The position numbers were made by a program, and so were the translations under genes. A DNA stretch of 62,464 nucleotides, filler included, from Stramenopiles sp. TOSAG23-6 (lineage: Eukaryota): NCBI GenBank assembly GCA_900128565.1. It is 25 parts of 25 records of this genome, joined end to end, with 100 filler letters (N's around TTAATTAATTAA, not from the genome) between each part and the next. Parts side by side here need not be neighbours in the genome. Positions count along the whole stretch, not along the records: positions 50,131 to 52,521 come from LT638076.1; positions 52,622 to 55,010 come from LT638077.1; positions 55,111 to 57,495 come from LT638078.1; positions 57,596 to 59,980 come from LT638079.1; positions 60,081 to 62,464 come from LT638080.1; 20 more parts are not named here. One strand, 5' to 3'. Shown here in pieces: positions 50,173 to 62,464 of this stretch. Below the pieces are notes generated by a model, which was not told the DNA's origin, did not search any database, and saw nothing but the letters and a program-made list of their open reading frames with translations. Numbering within the stretch: the first letter of the stretch is position 1; every line of letters starts with the position of its first letter.

Positions 50173-52428
50173 ATTCTTCTAATAAAAAAATTCCAATGTG
50201 AATATTTCCACTATCCACCGCCTGTTTACACACTATTTCATGATTTATTGTAGATGTCACATCATTTCCAGAATAATTACGTACAGTTATAAGACTGAGG
50301 TGCAATAAACATGTGTTGTGAAAAAATATTTTAGAAAAACAAATGTTAGGTACAAATGTTAGGTACGAAATTTCATACAAAAAAAAATGTTAGGTACGAT
50401 ATTTCATACAAAAAAAAAAAATGAAAAAAAACATACATCCAACCACTTCACTATTTCCTCTTGATGCTGATAAATTATTCTTTACATTCTCATAAATTTG
50501 ACACTTTACAGTAGTAATTTCATCTTCTTTTGACTTTGAATCAATACAAGCACCACCAATCATATCTTCATTAAAATTTGAATTTCCTATATTATATGTA
50601 TTATTTGAAACTAAACCAGAAAATAATAATGAGAATAATTCGGATGAAATAGTGACGTCTGCTTCACATAATGCACGTAATGGAGCAAGAATATCCTGAA
50701 GAGGAATTTGAATATCTGGAACTTCGCCTTTTCTATACCTTCTATATAAATGAATGTTACGCTTCCGTGCGGCTGCATGAGATTTTTGTCTTGCTAACCT
50801 CTGTTTTCGAGTAGTCTGAAACCTTCGCATAGAAAGGCCTTGATTTGAAGATAAATTATCCTGATTATTTTGGCTTTGAGTGCTATTACTCCTAAATTGC
50901 TTTGAACGGTAATGTTGACTGAAACGAGATTGAGATGATCCAAATGTACCAAATTTTTGATTTTCGCTTGAAGATTTTTTAGATATGCCAACATATGATT
51001 GGCCTTCGGTAAACACTGGAACTCGAGGTAAAGAATTAATACCAATAATGTTATTATTATTTTCTCCAAGCTGACTTGCACTAAATGAACCAAATCCTTC
51101 AGAAACATTTGTCAATTTATTTTCAAGTTGTTGAGTAGGTTCCCATGACGGTGCTTGTGTAGCACGAACAAGGCCAATATTCATATTTTGCGATGTTTGT
51201 GATAAGGCTTGTGAAATATTTTGTGATGAGTTCATTTGACTCAACGAAATGCTATGTGCATATGCAGAAAAAGTTGGCTCTAATGCTGATGATGTCCCAC
51301 CAGCCATTATATTTACATTCATCAAAGAAAAAGCACAATCGGATAAAGAATCATCAAAAAGAGGCCTCGTGTAATCTTGAGTAGAAGTGCTTAAATTTAT
51401 CATAAGATGAGCAGCATATTGAAGCCATTGTTCTTCACTAGATGGATGATAAAACGTGTTTAAAATACTTTCTAAACGATATAGAGCCTTTTTGGGTAAC
51501 TTTTTATCCCAAAAAAAGTACAATATTTCTCTAATACTTTGATCTTTATCACCAAGACCTTGTAGAAGAAGACTATGTAGATGTTGGTTTAAATCAATTC
51601 CGCCACTGATACAATAAAATGCATTTTCAGTATTTGTTCTTGGTACTGGGATTTTGGTTGCAGGATGATCTGAGATAATAAGCATTAATATTTGATATAG
51701 TAATATACGGCATTGTGACGATTTATGATCACAAAATAAATTTGGGAGTGAAAGTGCAGATGCGGGATTCACTAAATCCCACAATTGCTGAACATGTATT
51801 TTGGAAAAATATTTCAAAAACAAAAATTTGTTTGGTACAAAAATTTTTGAAAAAAAATAAATTCGAAATTGAAAAAAAATAAATTCGAAATTGAAAAAAA
51901 ATAAAACATACATTTGTTACAGAAATAATAGACATCAGAAATTCCAAAGAAGCCACTTGAGCAGGTTCGTGTCGAGATGACAAACAACGTGTAATTCCTT
52001 TCATTCCAATAAGTTTAAGTATATCAACTTTTGAAATTGAATCTGAATCTGAATTAGTTTTTTTTTTTTTTGTTTCAGTATTTTCAATTTTTTTACCAAA
52101 TTTCAAATGTAGAATTCCTAAACACAATTCAAGAAAAACTGCCGACACTTTCTTCAACATTTGACTAACATGAGATATTACTGAATCATTTAAAATGGCT
52201 TGATAGGATTGACTAATGTTATACACACATCGAAGGTAACGATCTTTTTTGTCTGAATGTTGCATGTATTTTGAAAAAATATTTCAAAAAAAATCTAAAA
52301 AAAATTGTTAGGTACGAAATTTTTATAAAAAAAAAAAACGAATTTGAAAATAAAAGATACATTTCTTGTATTTTTTTAGTGATAGCTGAATGGATTGCAT
52401 CAAGTGATATACTCTTATCATTCGATGT
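50173..52428 (-). CDS. PRKDC: DNA-dependent protein kinase catalytic subunit, internal exons; GT-AT introns 52264-52360, 51794-51911, 50311-50436
   Basis: LLLQGLGDKD, DYTRPLFDDSLSDCAF and LYRRYRKGEVPDIQI motifs, plus an S/TQ cluster. Confidence 0.88.
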
Positions 52429-52621
52429 AAGTATTTTGGAAAAATATTTTAAAAATTTTCTATAAAAAATTTGTTAGGTACAAAATTTCGTATGAAAAAT
52501 AAATTCGATTTTTTTTTACCGNNNNNNNNNNNNNNNNNNNNNNNNNNNNNNNNNNNNNNNNNNNNTTAATTAATTAANNNNNNNNNNNNNNNNNNNNNNN
52601 NNNNNNNNNNNNNNNNNNNNN

Positions 52622-55010
52622 CAAATAATGAAACAGCTCCGACAAATTGTGCACCTCTAGGTAAATCTTTCCAAGCTATACCTTGATCTATACCATTCAA
52701 ATAAAAGCGAAGTGTTCCCATTGTTGCATCTAATTCAACATCTATCACACTACCAGGTTCCTTGAATTTTTGACCATATGGTGTACTTGCCGGACCACCA
52801 TGTCCTTTCTTACCGTTAGATTGATAATATCCCCAGCCTTTATTAGTTTTATTAACATAACTATCCATATCAACATCACGAAGACATACACCAACAGTAG
52901 CTTTTGTCCCCTTATCAATACGAATTCTCCATTTGGCTTTCCCCGAAGATATAACTGGTCCAAAAATTCCTAAACCATGGCTCCATCCCGATACAGTATT
53001 CTTGGTCAAAATATTATTTTCTACAGTAATATTCTGACCTTTTTTAAGGACATCAACTGGCCGAAGCGCAAAGTCTTCATTAAGTTCAACTGCATTAAGT
53101 CTCGGATCGGCAACGGCAACATGGCTTCGTTTTATACCTACAATAGTTGCCATATCACCAACATCAAATAATGAAACTGCTCCGACAAATTGTGCACCTC
53201 TAGGTAAATCTGTCCAAGCTACACCTTGATCTACACCATTCAAATAAAAGCGAAGTGTTCCCATTGTTGCATCTAATTCAACATCTACAACACTTCTACA
53301 TTCCCGATAACGTTCGCCATACGGTGTGCTTGCCGGGCCTCCGTGGCCTTTCTTACCATTTGATTGATAATATCCCCAACCTTTTTCAGTCTGATTTACA
53401 TAACTATCCATATCAACATCACGGAGACATACACCAACAGTTGCCTTCGTTCCCTTCTCAAGACGAAAACTCCACATTGCTTTCCCAGAAGATACTGGAG
53501 CGCCGACAAGTATCATTCCGTTTTCCCAACTACGCGTTGATTTGGAAAGAACGTTTCCAGAAACTTTCGTCGCAGCACCTTTAGCAAATACCAATGAAGC
53601 AGCAGCAGATGAGGCTTTTTTATGCTTCTGAACGCTAGAACTTCGACGACGAGCTTTGTTATTGATAACATCTTCGTGCTTTTCATCGTGAATATTTTGG
53701 TGAGGTGATATCAAAGGAGCTACATCTTTTTTTTTTACATCTATAATAGTTACCATATCACCAACATCAAATAATGAAACAGCTCCGACAAATTGTGCAC
53801 CTCTAGGTAAATCTTTCCAAGCTATACCTTGATCTATACCATTCAAATAAAAGCGAAGTGTTCCCATTGTTGCATCTAATTCAACATCTATCACACTACC
53901 AGGTTCCTTGAATTTTTGACCATATGGTGTACTTGCCGGACCACCATGTCCTTTCTTACCGTTAGATTGATAATATCCCCAGCCTTTATTAGTTTTATTA
54001 ACATAACTATCCATATCAACATCACGAAGACATACACCAACAGTAGCTTTTGTCCCCTTATCAATACGAACTCTCCATTTGGCTTTCCCCGAAGATACAA
54101 CTGGTCCAAAAATTACTAAACCATTTTCCCAGCTTCTAGATATTTTTATGAATCCGCTTGCAGGTAAGGCTTCAATTGCTGAACCATGTGATATAACTAA
54201 CGCCGCCTCATTTAGATTTTTCATTACGGGTAAAGCAATTGGAACAATTGGAGGGCCATTAGCGTCCCCTATTACAATGTGTTTAGGAGATTGAGGATCA
54301 TCAACATTATAATGACGATGAACATGAATATGATACTCATTTTTTGTATCTATAACAGTTACCATATCACCAACATCAAATAATGAAACAGCTCCGACAA
54401 ATTGTGCACCTCTAGGTAAATCTTTCCAAGCTATACCTTGATCTATACCATTCAAATAAAAGCGAAGTGTTCCCATTGTTGCATCTAATTCAACATCTAT
54501 CACACTACCAGGTTCCTTGAATTTTTGACCATATGGTGTACTTGCCGGACCACCATGTCCTTTCTTACCGTTAGATTGATAATATCCCCAGCCTTTATTA
54601 GTTTTATTAACATAACTATCCATATCAACATCACGAAGACATACACCAACAGTAGCTTTTGTCCCCTTATCAATACGAAATCCCCATTTGGCTTTCCCCG
54701 AAGATACAACTGGTCCAATAATTACTAAACCTTTTCCCCAACTTTTAGAAATCTTTTTGAATTGATTTCCATTCTGTTGAATTTGTGTACCTTTAGCTAA
54801 AATTTCAGGAGATACTAAAACACGAGGATCTGGAACGTTTGGAGGAACTATACGAGGATCACGTGGTACAGGCACAATTGCAGGGGGCGGCGATACATTG
54901 TGGTTTCTTCTTTGTTCGTATCTGCATCCCATTAAAGTGACTTGATCACCTAAAGCAAATAATGAAACAGCTCCGACAAATTGTGCACCTCTAGGTAAAT
55001 CTTTCCAAGC
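52622..55010 (-). CDS. Tandem SPRY/B30.2-domain protein (at least 5 repeats), internal fragment
   Basis: Repeated SGKAKW...VGVC...GWGYYQSNG...VELDATMGTLRFYLNG...GAVSLF units. Confidence 0.88.
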
Positions 55011-55210
55011 NNNNNNNNNNNNNNNNNNNNNNNNNNNNNNNNNNNNNNNNNNNNTTAATTAATTAANNNNNNNNNNNNNNNNNNNNNNNNNNNNNNNNNN
55101 NNNNNNNNNNAAAATTGAAAAAAAAAATGAAAAAAAAAATTGAAAAAAAAAATTGAAAAAAAAAAATTGAAAAATTTGTTAGGTATACAATTTCGTATAA
55201 AAAAACGTAC

Positions 55211-56205
55211 ATAAATGTTGGATATGTGGCTTGTACTGACTTTGATTGTAATGCAAAGAAATGAAATGAATCTTTAAATATATCTTTAGTAAGGCTTTGT
55301 GGTACCGGGATAGAAATTATTTTTTTTTGGGAACATGCATTTCACAACTTTTCGTATCGTTTTCCTATCATAGTTTAAACTAGGGTTAGGGTTAGTACAT
55401 GATTTTTTTTGATTTTTTTGACTTTTTTGATTTTTTTGATTTTGATGATCTACAAAAGATTTTTTTTGTGTTGTATTATCATTCAATGAATCTTCAAAAT
55501 CTTCAAAAAAAGTTCCAGGTAGCCCAGAAGGACATTTGTTTAGTTGTGTTGGATGTTTTGGTGTTTCAGCAGTATTTGCTGTTGTTGTTGATAAGGCATG
55601 TAAAATAGATGGTGTGAACCGGGTACCATCCAGTGCTTTTTCTTTATTGATACTAAATCTACATTGTTCATTATTTAAACCAGCAAATGTAACGTGTTGA
55701 ATAAGTGGTACAAATGAATTACTTGTTGTGTTTTTCGTGTTTTGATTCATCGTTTCTATTTTTTGTTCATCATCTGAAAAATTCAAATTTGTATTTTTTG
55801 ATGATTTTTTTTTTAATGATTTTGATGATTTTGATGATTTAAATGAATTTATTTTTGTTTCATCATTTACAGTAGTATTTTTTGATTTCTTTGTTTTTTT
55901 AGAGTGTTTATCTGTATTTGTATCTTGCATTGAAACAGATGTTGTAGATGATGCAGAATTATTATGTATAGAATGTTCTACCATTTTTCTCATATGAAGA
56001 GATTGGTTTAAAATACCTACTGCACGAAATGTCGCACGGATTCGTTTCCATAATATTGGCGCTGATCGTTCCGTAATTGACTCATTATTTTGTAATGTTT
56101 TTGTTGCAGACCGCATTGCTTCACGATTGTATTGTCTATGTAATCGCCTTTTGACTAAAGGTGTTATTTCGTGTTTGAGTTGTTTATTTTTATTTGTAGG
56201 GAAAA

Positions 56206-56236
<31 letters not shown>

Positions 56237-57073
56237 TGGATCATTTGTTAAATTGGTTGAATTGGTTGTATTGGTTGTACTTTTTGTATTATCTTGTTGA
56301 ACATCAACAACAAAATCAATATCTTCGGTAAAAATATCTTCGATTTGTGGACAGCCACGTGAATGCATTGGTGGGGTACATGCAGCTGCGAGTAATTTTT
56401 GCATACTTGATGTCCGTCGTCGTTTCACTGGAGGGGCCTTTTCCGTGTTAGGGTTAGGGATTGTACCTTTTTTCTTATGTACATTTGTAAGTGTTTGTAC
56501 GTTTTGTAGTTGTTTTATTTTTTGATGTTTTCGTGGTGTTAGATAATTTGGTGTTCCATTTTGTTTTGATGTACTACAAGAACTGTCGTCAAGAGTTGCA
56601 TCAATACCAAGTTTCTTTTTTTCGTGATGAAAATTTGTCATTATATTATCGTCATCTTTAGACTCTTTAGACACAATTGATGGCGTTGTTGTCGTTGCTG
56701 TATGTTTACTTGTATCGATTGAATGTACGTTATCTATTGTAGCACTGGGTGGTGCAATATCCTCCAGATCGTCCATAATAGAAGAGGAAGTATACGAAAT
56801 ATTTTTGTCATTTCTTCCGAAACAGTTTTCCTCTTTTTCTTTCAATTCCGACTCAGATACCAATTCGACAAAATTACTGGGAAATACACCATGTAAAATT
56901 TCTCCATTCTCCATTTCAGATATACCTTCCCACCAACCATCGCTATGTTTAAATAAGACTTGAACCAATTGACCCTGTGCCAAAGTTATTTCATCTGCCA
57001 TTTGAGGTACATGGTTATGAACTGCCACATACAGTTCCGAGTGTTGAGATGGTGCAGAGTGTACTCTACTCAT
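55211..57073 (-). CDS. N-terminal SH3-domain protein with a long disordered region; 3' partial
   Basis: YVAVHNH...DEITL...DGWWEG...GVFPSNFVE. Probable GC donor at 55338 and GT donor at 55210. Confidence 0.85.
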
Positions 57074-57763
57074 GACTTACTATACTCTATACACTAGCAA
57101 GGTATACATACACAGATATGCAAAAAGATAATCGCACACAAGAATTGAATTATGCCAAGAAATAACAAAGCAATGGCGGTCTTTTTCTTTTACAGAATTA
57201 GTTTGCGCAGTGTTGTTTTTTTTTTGCAATAAGATATCGATTTAGATTTGGAGAGATTTCGACAACCGACCACAAAAAAAAGTTTCAAAATGGATAACCC
57301 GACAGGTTTGTCCAACCCTAACCCTAGTATAGTCAGTGATTAAAAATTTTTTTATTTTTTTTTATTGTTTTGAAAATATTTGAAATTTCTTTATTTTTGT
57401 TTCATTCGAAATTCTGCTGCTAAGACTCTTCGATGTCGTCCAACACATTTTGAACTACAGTATGATAATCCATTTGCATGAAAAATATCATTTTTNNNNN
57501 NNNNNNNNNNNNNNNNNNNNNNNNNNNNNNNNNNNNNNNTTAATTAATTAANNNNNNNNNNNNNNNNNNNNNNNNNNNNNNNNNNNNNNNNNNNNCCGGG
57601 TCGAAAAAAAAAACAAATTTTTTCGCTGAATCGATCTATGCACTATTTTTGTTTTCTTTCGATACTTGTACTACTAACAACAAAACAAAAATAGATTCTT
57701 TTGCATCTACTTTGTAGCATAATTATACAAGCTTTGAAGTACCAGCATTCAAGTTTCAACAAA

Positions 57764-59116
57764 ATGATTCAATTTCACAGTAGTACTAATTCATTAGCCA
57801 TTGCATCTTCCACGCGACTACTACTTTTTTCACCTACTCCTCTCACTTCTTCGGATGACCCTGCTCGGTGTATTATCGATGGTATGGAGCAAGCTCACGA
57901 GGGAAAGATCGTGGGTATCTGTTTTGGCCCAGAAGGTAAAGTATTAGCATCAATATGCGATGCCAAGGTTGTTAAACTTTGGTGTTGTAAAACTGGAAAA
58001 GTGTTATCCCAGAGGGTATTACCAAAGAAGCCCTCCGCAATTACATTTGGTTCTATAGGTGGTAGTGAAGAAAAACCTAAAGTCCCAGTGTTAATAGTTG
58101 CTGATCGTGTTGGTGATGTATCTGCAATGTCAGTACCTGATATCACATCGAACTATCAACTTTTATGTGGTCATACAGGCTCAATTGTNACTCAAACGCT
58201 TGTGACTTCTAACTTGAAGTATTTGGTGACGGCCGATAGAGATGAAAAGATTCGCGTTTCTCATTTTCCAAGCACTAACGAGTTGAAGTGTTTTTGTCTT
58301 GGCCATTCAACATATGTAACTGCAATTCACGAACTATCAGGTTGTTCAGATACGCTTATTTCCGGTGATGGCAATGGTAACATGGCTGTGTGGAAGTTAA
58401 GTGAAGGTACACTTACACAAAAAGTTTTGTTGCCTGAGTGTGGTGGTGACGTTGCAGCTCTGCAGCGAGCAAATGAAAAAAAAGAGAAACGAAAAGGCAA
58501 AAAAAAGAATGAGAAATGTACAGAGTCTGAAGATGTTATTCCTCAATGCATTGACAAGATCGATGTGATAAGTTATTGTAGTATTAATAATGTTATTGCC
58601 GTCTTAGTCTCAAAGAGGTCAATGATCTTCTGTTATAAAGTTGCGGATGAAGGTGTCTCTCCAAGAATTTCTCATATATCTACGATACCAATTGATATAT
58701 CAAAGAAATCAGTGATACGTGGGATTGTATTTGTTGATGATGGTTCACTTCTTGTTCAAGTGGTGGGAGATACACCTGATATTATTCAAATGAAGCCTAA
58801 GTTTAATAGCGAGGATAATAGTATTGTAACATACTCACCAGGCAGCGATGAAAATATTGCATGGATGGCAATCAAAGCTCAATGGTTTGCTTCTCAAACT
58901 GCTGAAGGTGATATTGTTGACAATGAAATAAACTCAATTGATTATGGATTCGAAAGAACATCCTGTGGTGACCTTGCGGAACGAAAATACGAAGAACTTC
59001 GAGTATTGACTGAAGGAACTGCAAAAAGAGAGAGAAAAGAAAAACTTAGAATTAGCAAAGAGAAAGAGAGAAAAGAAAANGCTAAGAAACGTAAAATTTC
59101 ATCTGTGAATGAATAA
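57764..59116 (+). CDS. WDR4: WDR4/Trm82, tRNA m7G46 methyltransferase subunit
   Basis: VADRVGDV, LCGH and TADRDEKIRVSHFP...FCLGH motifs. Confidence 0.92.
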   Translation: MIQFHSSTNSLAIASSTRLLLFSPTPLTSSDDPARCIIDGMEQAHEGKIVGICFGPEGKVLASICDAKVVKLWCCKTGKVLSQRVLPKKPSAITFGSIGGSEEKPKVPVLIVADRVGDVSAMSVPDITSNYQLLCGHTGSIXTQTLVTSNLKYLVTADRDEKIRVSHFPSTNELKCFCLGHSTYVTAIHELSGCSDTLISGDGNGNMAVWKLSEGTLTQKVLLPECGGDVAALQRANEKKEKRKGKKKNEKCTESEDVIPQCIDKIDVISYCSINNVIAVLVSKRSMIFCYKVADEGVSPRISHISTIPIDISKKSVIRGIVFVDDGSLLVQVVGDTPDIIQMKPKFNSEDNSIVTYSPGSDENIAWMAIKAQWFASQTAEGDIVDNEINSIDYGFERTSCGDLAERKYEELRVLTEGTAKRERKEKLRISKEKERKEXAKKRKISSVNE

Positions 59117-59416
59117 ACTCGATGATATGTAATATTAAATAATAAATTTGAGATTTTCATACTTTTTTTATGTACAGTAGGCGACAACTGGTAGGATATA
59201 AAAAAGTTCAAAATTAACTCATTTCAGTCATTTCAATTCTTGAAAAGTATTAATTTATAAATTTATGTGGAACAAAAATATTTTCAATTAAACTTTTGTG
59301 GTTTTCATTTTAGTTAATTTATTCTTGAAAATGACATACACTTTACCGTAAGTTTTTGTTTTGAGTCAAAAACATCGTTACGTACGAAATTCCGTACAAA
59401 AAAACAAGTATATACA

Positions 59417-59980
59417 CTACACATTTGTATAAATACCAGAGACAACTGTTGGCTTATCTACTGTTGGCTTATCTCCTTTCTCAGCGTTGGCTTTTTGTCG
59501 GCGGCACCAGCAGAATATAAATACAATTACTAGTAAAACACTTAAACCACTTCCAATAATAACAAATGGTAACCATCGTTGTTTTGAGACTTTTGTTGCA
59601 TTGTTTCCTTTACTTTTTTTTGTTTTTTTCATAATCACTGGTTTACACTTGTCATAAATACCTTCACCTTCAGAACTATACGATACCCAACATTCAGACA
59701 CATCTCTACAAAAATGATTTCGATAAAGATTTGTGCATAACTGTAAGTTGTTTGACAAATTCAAATATGTGAGATTCGATAATTGATCAATTTCAGAAGG
59801 AATTTCACCAAATAAATTGTTGTTTGACAAGTCCAAATGTTTGAGCTTTGTTAGTTTCCCAATTTCAGAAGGAATTGAACCAGTTAGCTTGTTGGTTGAC
59901 AAGTCCAAAACTTCAAGATTTGTCAGTTGATCAGATGCAGCAGGAGATATTGAGCCAGTTAGTTTATTGTTGTTCAAATG
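59417..59980 (-). CDS. LRR receptor-like protein C-terminus (LRRs, TM helix, short tail ending YTNV); 5' partial
   Basis: Plant-type LRRs followed by a hydrophobic helix and basic residues. Confidence 0.8.
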   Translation of the reverse strand, partial: HLNNNKLTGSISPAASDQLTNLEVLDLSTNKLTGSIPSEIGKLTKLKHLDLSNNNLFGEIPSEIDQLSNLTYLNLSNNLQLCTNLYRNHFCRDVSECWVSYSSEGEGIYDKCKPVIMKKTKKSKGNNATKVSKQRWLPFVIIGSGLSVLLVIVFIFCWCRRQKANAEKGDKPTVDKPTVVSGIYTNV

Positions 59981-60162
59981 NNNNNNNNNNNNNNNNNNNN
60001 NNNNNNNNNNNNNNNNNNNNNNNNTTAATTAATTAANNNNNNNNNNNNNNNNNNNNNNNNNNNNNNNNNNNNNNNNNNNNTTTTTTTTCAATTTCGAATT
60101 TATTTTTCGTACGAAAATTTGTACCTAACGATTTTCTTTTGAAATATTTTTCCAAAGTACAT

Positions 60163-60744
60163 GCAGGTTTTTCAAGTGTTGATACGGAAAAAGTTAGAGA
60201 TCAGTTTTCGTTTATTGATAAAGATGGTGACGGAATTTACTCGAAAGAAGAAGTATTGCAATTTACTAATGGAAATTCATCATTAAAATCTCATCCTCCT
60301 AACAGAAAAAATAGAATATCTAATTGTATAACCGAAAATGAAAGAATAAAAAGTTCTAAAAGTTCAATATCTCAACGGGCAAATAAAAAAAGTTCAATAT
60401 CTCAACGGGCAAATAAAAAAAGTTCAATATCTCAACGAAAAAGGGCAAGTAGTGCCTCGGCTTCAAGAAAGAGTTGTGAAGTCATTAGTAACGGTATCAG
60501 TAATGGTAGTATAAGTAGTACTGACACGATTAAAATGTTTGAGTTTGATGTAAATAAATTTTGTGATTTTTATGATCGAGCTGAAAGAAATCATAAATTA
60601 GGAAAATATCGAAGTCGCTTTTTAATCCAAAATTCAGATTTGAAAAGGCGAGCAAAAAAATTACTTCAATTTGCTACAACGGTCGGTAAAAGCCAAGTAA
60701 AGGAAAATCTTGCTAAGTTGCAATATCGTTTTGGTTGTTGGTGA
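60163..60744 (+). CDS. EF-hand-containing protein, last exon
   Basis: FIDKDGDGIYSKEE loop, preceded by a family acceptor ending at 60162. Confidence 0.65.
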   Translation, partial: AGFSSVDTEKVRDQFSFIDKDGDGIYSKEEVLQFTNGNSSLKSHPPNRKNRISNCITENERIKSSKSSISQRANKKSSISQRANKKSSISQRKRASSASASRKSCEVISNGISNGSISSTDTIKMFEFDVNKFCDFYDRAERNHKLGKYRSRFLIQNSDLKRRAKKLLQFATTVGKSQVKENLAKLQYRFGCW

Positions 60745-60816
60745 TAGCGTTAATTAATTAAGAGTAACATAACTACCATATTATACTTATTTTATGTATC
60801 ATAAACTTGAAAAATA

Positions 60817-61605
60817 TCATATACTTTGTTGTTCTTCAGTCCATAAAGTTAAATTATCACGTAATAGTTGCATGATTAGGGTTGCATCTTTGTACGAACA
60901 CTCTTCGAGAGTATCTAATTCCGACACAGCCGCGTCGAAACTTTCTCTTGCTATTCGACAAGCTTCTTCTGCGTCATTGATGATTTCATACTGAAATACA
61001 GACATATTTAATGCCAGCCCCAAGACCATGGGGGAAGTAGGTTGTAACTTTGACTCAACTGAAACTGATTTTGCTTCTTCATAAAATTTTCTTGCTGATG
61101 ATATTATTTCAATGCCTCTCTCTGAAGTACTCTTTACGATTTCGGATTGGTAACGCTTATAGTCGGCACACATTTTAAAATAAAAAAGTTTTTCCTCCGG
61201 CATTACTGCAGAGGGAATAAGCACACTTTGAAGTAAAGATGTTACACGGTCACATACTTTATCCAATTCGTCTCCTACAGATGTTTTGTAGCTTAATAAC
61301 GCACCAACCTCCCAGTCTTTCTCACTCGCATCCAATAAGGAAGTCAATATACGCCATGATGCACGTTGACCACCTGCTACATTTTTATACGCAACAGAAA
61401 ATAAATTACGCTCTTCTACGTCCAACGTTCCCTTAGATTCTGCTACGCGATTCATATATGAAATCATATCTTCGTAACGGTCACACTGCTCTGCCAAACG
61501 AGCCATAAAAATAAGGTCAGGATTACTCAAGTTTTCTATATCAGGCACATAATATGGTGCAGGCTTCCCCACGCATAAATCTAGTGACACTGTTGGGGAT
61601 TCCAT
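60817..61605 (-). CDS. 14-3-3 protein (divergent)
   Basis: ERNLFSVAYKN, LGLALNMSVF and SYKDATLIMQLLRDNLTLW motifs. Confidence 0.96.
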   Translation of the reverse strand: MESPTVSLDLCVGKPAPYYVPDIENLSNPDLIFMARLAEQCDRYEDMISYMNRVAESKGTLDVEERNLFSVAYKNVAGGQRASWRILTSLLDASEKDWEVGALLSYKTSVGDELDKVCDRVTSLLQSVLIPSAVMPEEKLFYFKMCADYKRYQSEIVKSTSERGIEIISSARKFYEEAKSVSVESKLQPTSPMVLGLALNMSVFQYEIINDAEEACRIARESFDAAVSELDTLEECSYKDATLIMQLLRDNLTLWTEEQQSI

Positions 61606-61775
61606 TTAAACACAAAAAATTACGTATAAAATGATGAGAATGTGTTTTGTTGATTTTTCGGGAATCAACTTGACCTTTTTTTTTTGCTGTCATTTTTGAG
61701 CAAATTAGTCAAGACTGACAGTATAGGGCTAAGACTTTGCTCTTCTCGCATTTTCTAGTTTTCCAATAGCATAAT

Positions 61776-62096
61776 ATGAATAATAATGCAAAAACTGAAA
61801 GAATGGAAACAAAAAGCTTGAATCCTTCGTCAAACACAAACGTAGCTCAAGATCAGACTACCCAGAGTAAAGTAGGCGTTTCAAGTTGGAACAGTCTGAG
61901 GCAGGATTGGTCTCTAGACAAGTCCATCAGACACGAACCACCTGTTGTGAAAAGAACATCAACCGTCAAAACGGAAGACATTCTAGAAACATTATACTCT
62001 AAATCTCCGGATAGAAAATTTTCTGCACCAATCCCGCTATCCCAACTGATTGATGTCTTAGTTGACACGTGGGAGGCGGAAGGGTTATATGACTGA
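61776..62096 (+). CDS. Small hypothetical protein
   Basis: 106-aa ATG-initiated ORF between two genes. Confidence 0.45.
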   Translation: MNNNAKTERMETKSLNPSSNTNVAQDQTTQSKVGVSSWNSLRQDWSLDKSIRHEPPVVKRTSTVKTEDILETLYSKSPDRKFSAPIPLSQLIDVLVDTWEAEGLYD

Positions 62097-62150
62097 CAAA
62101 ACGAATATATATATAAGAAAAATAACTTGCATAACCTTTACTGATTAACC

Positions 62151-62464
62151 TTAATCGGAATTTACGATACGTTGCCTAGTGTATTCCCACAAAAGTATTG
62201 CGCCACTTACATGAACATTTAAAGATCGAATGATTCCTAACTGAGGAATTTCAATACATGCATCAACATTTTTTAGATACTCTGCAGGAACGCCCTTACC
62301 TTCCATGCCTAGAATTAATACTGTCTGTTCAGGAAATTTATATTCTGTAATACATTGACTAGTTGAAGTCTGTTCCAAGCCAATAATATTGTATCCTTCA
62401 CTCCGTTTTTTATTTAAAAAATTGTGAAGTTGAACACCAGGAGGAATAGCTTTGGTTTATATTG
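62151..62464 (-). CDS. TARBP1: Trm3/TARBP1 SpoU tRNA Gm18 methyltransferase, C-terminus (5' partial)
   Basis: LEQT...LGMEGKGVP...IPQLGIIRSLNVHVS. Confidence 0.9.

Noticed and set aside
52264-52360. U12-type minor introns as the explanation for non-canonical termini
   Set aside because: Donors are GTAYGTTTT rather than RTATCCTT, and the branch-like motif is TACCTAAC 30-50 nt upstream rather than TCCTTAAC close to the 3' end. Only this copy (GTATCTTTT) approaches the U12 donor.
60750-60761. TTAATTAATTAA without flanking Ns
   Set aside because: A chance AT-rich match in a short intergenic region between convergent genes.

Overview
This window is not one locus. It is 25 unrelated contigs of about 2.4 kb, sorted by decreasing length and joined by ~100-nt artificial spacers (N-run, TTAATTAATTAA, N-run); contigs 1 and 2 are identical. 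The DNA is from a strongly AT-rich unicellular eukaryote with the standard genetic code. It is probably a protist single-cell or metagenome assembly (inference). Recognisable genes include a Kir channel, ABC1 kinase, PHO4/PiT transporter, AGC kinase, (6-4) photolyase/cryptochrome, JMJD6, CDP-DAG synthase, IP3R/RyR-like channel, DENN protein, carnitine acyltransferase, DCAF13, Sec1/Munc18, RAD54-like helicase, DNA-PKcs, WDR4, 14-3-3 and Trm3. The main signal is a stereotyped, mostly 80-180-nt repeat family that interrupts coding sequences on the sense strand. It must be spliced out to restore conserved proteins, but it mostly ends in AT instead of AG. Of 29 copies I could reconstruct by hand, 21 are GT-AT, 2 are GT-AG, and there is one each of GC-AT, GA-AT, AT-AT, GT-AC, AT-AC and GT-TT. 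The copies share a TACCTAAC branch-like motif, short inverted termini and an apparent AT target-site duplication, so they look like an introner family with non-canonical splice sites. Other notable items are a fumarate reductase-cytochrome b5-Erv fusion, a candidate secreted micro-exon gene with canonical introns, and dispersed TTAGGG dimers. All splice calls come from reading frame and recalled homology, not from transcript data.
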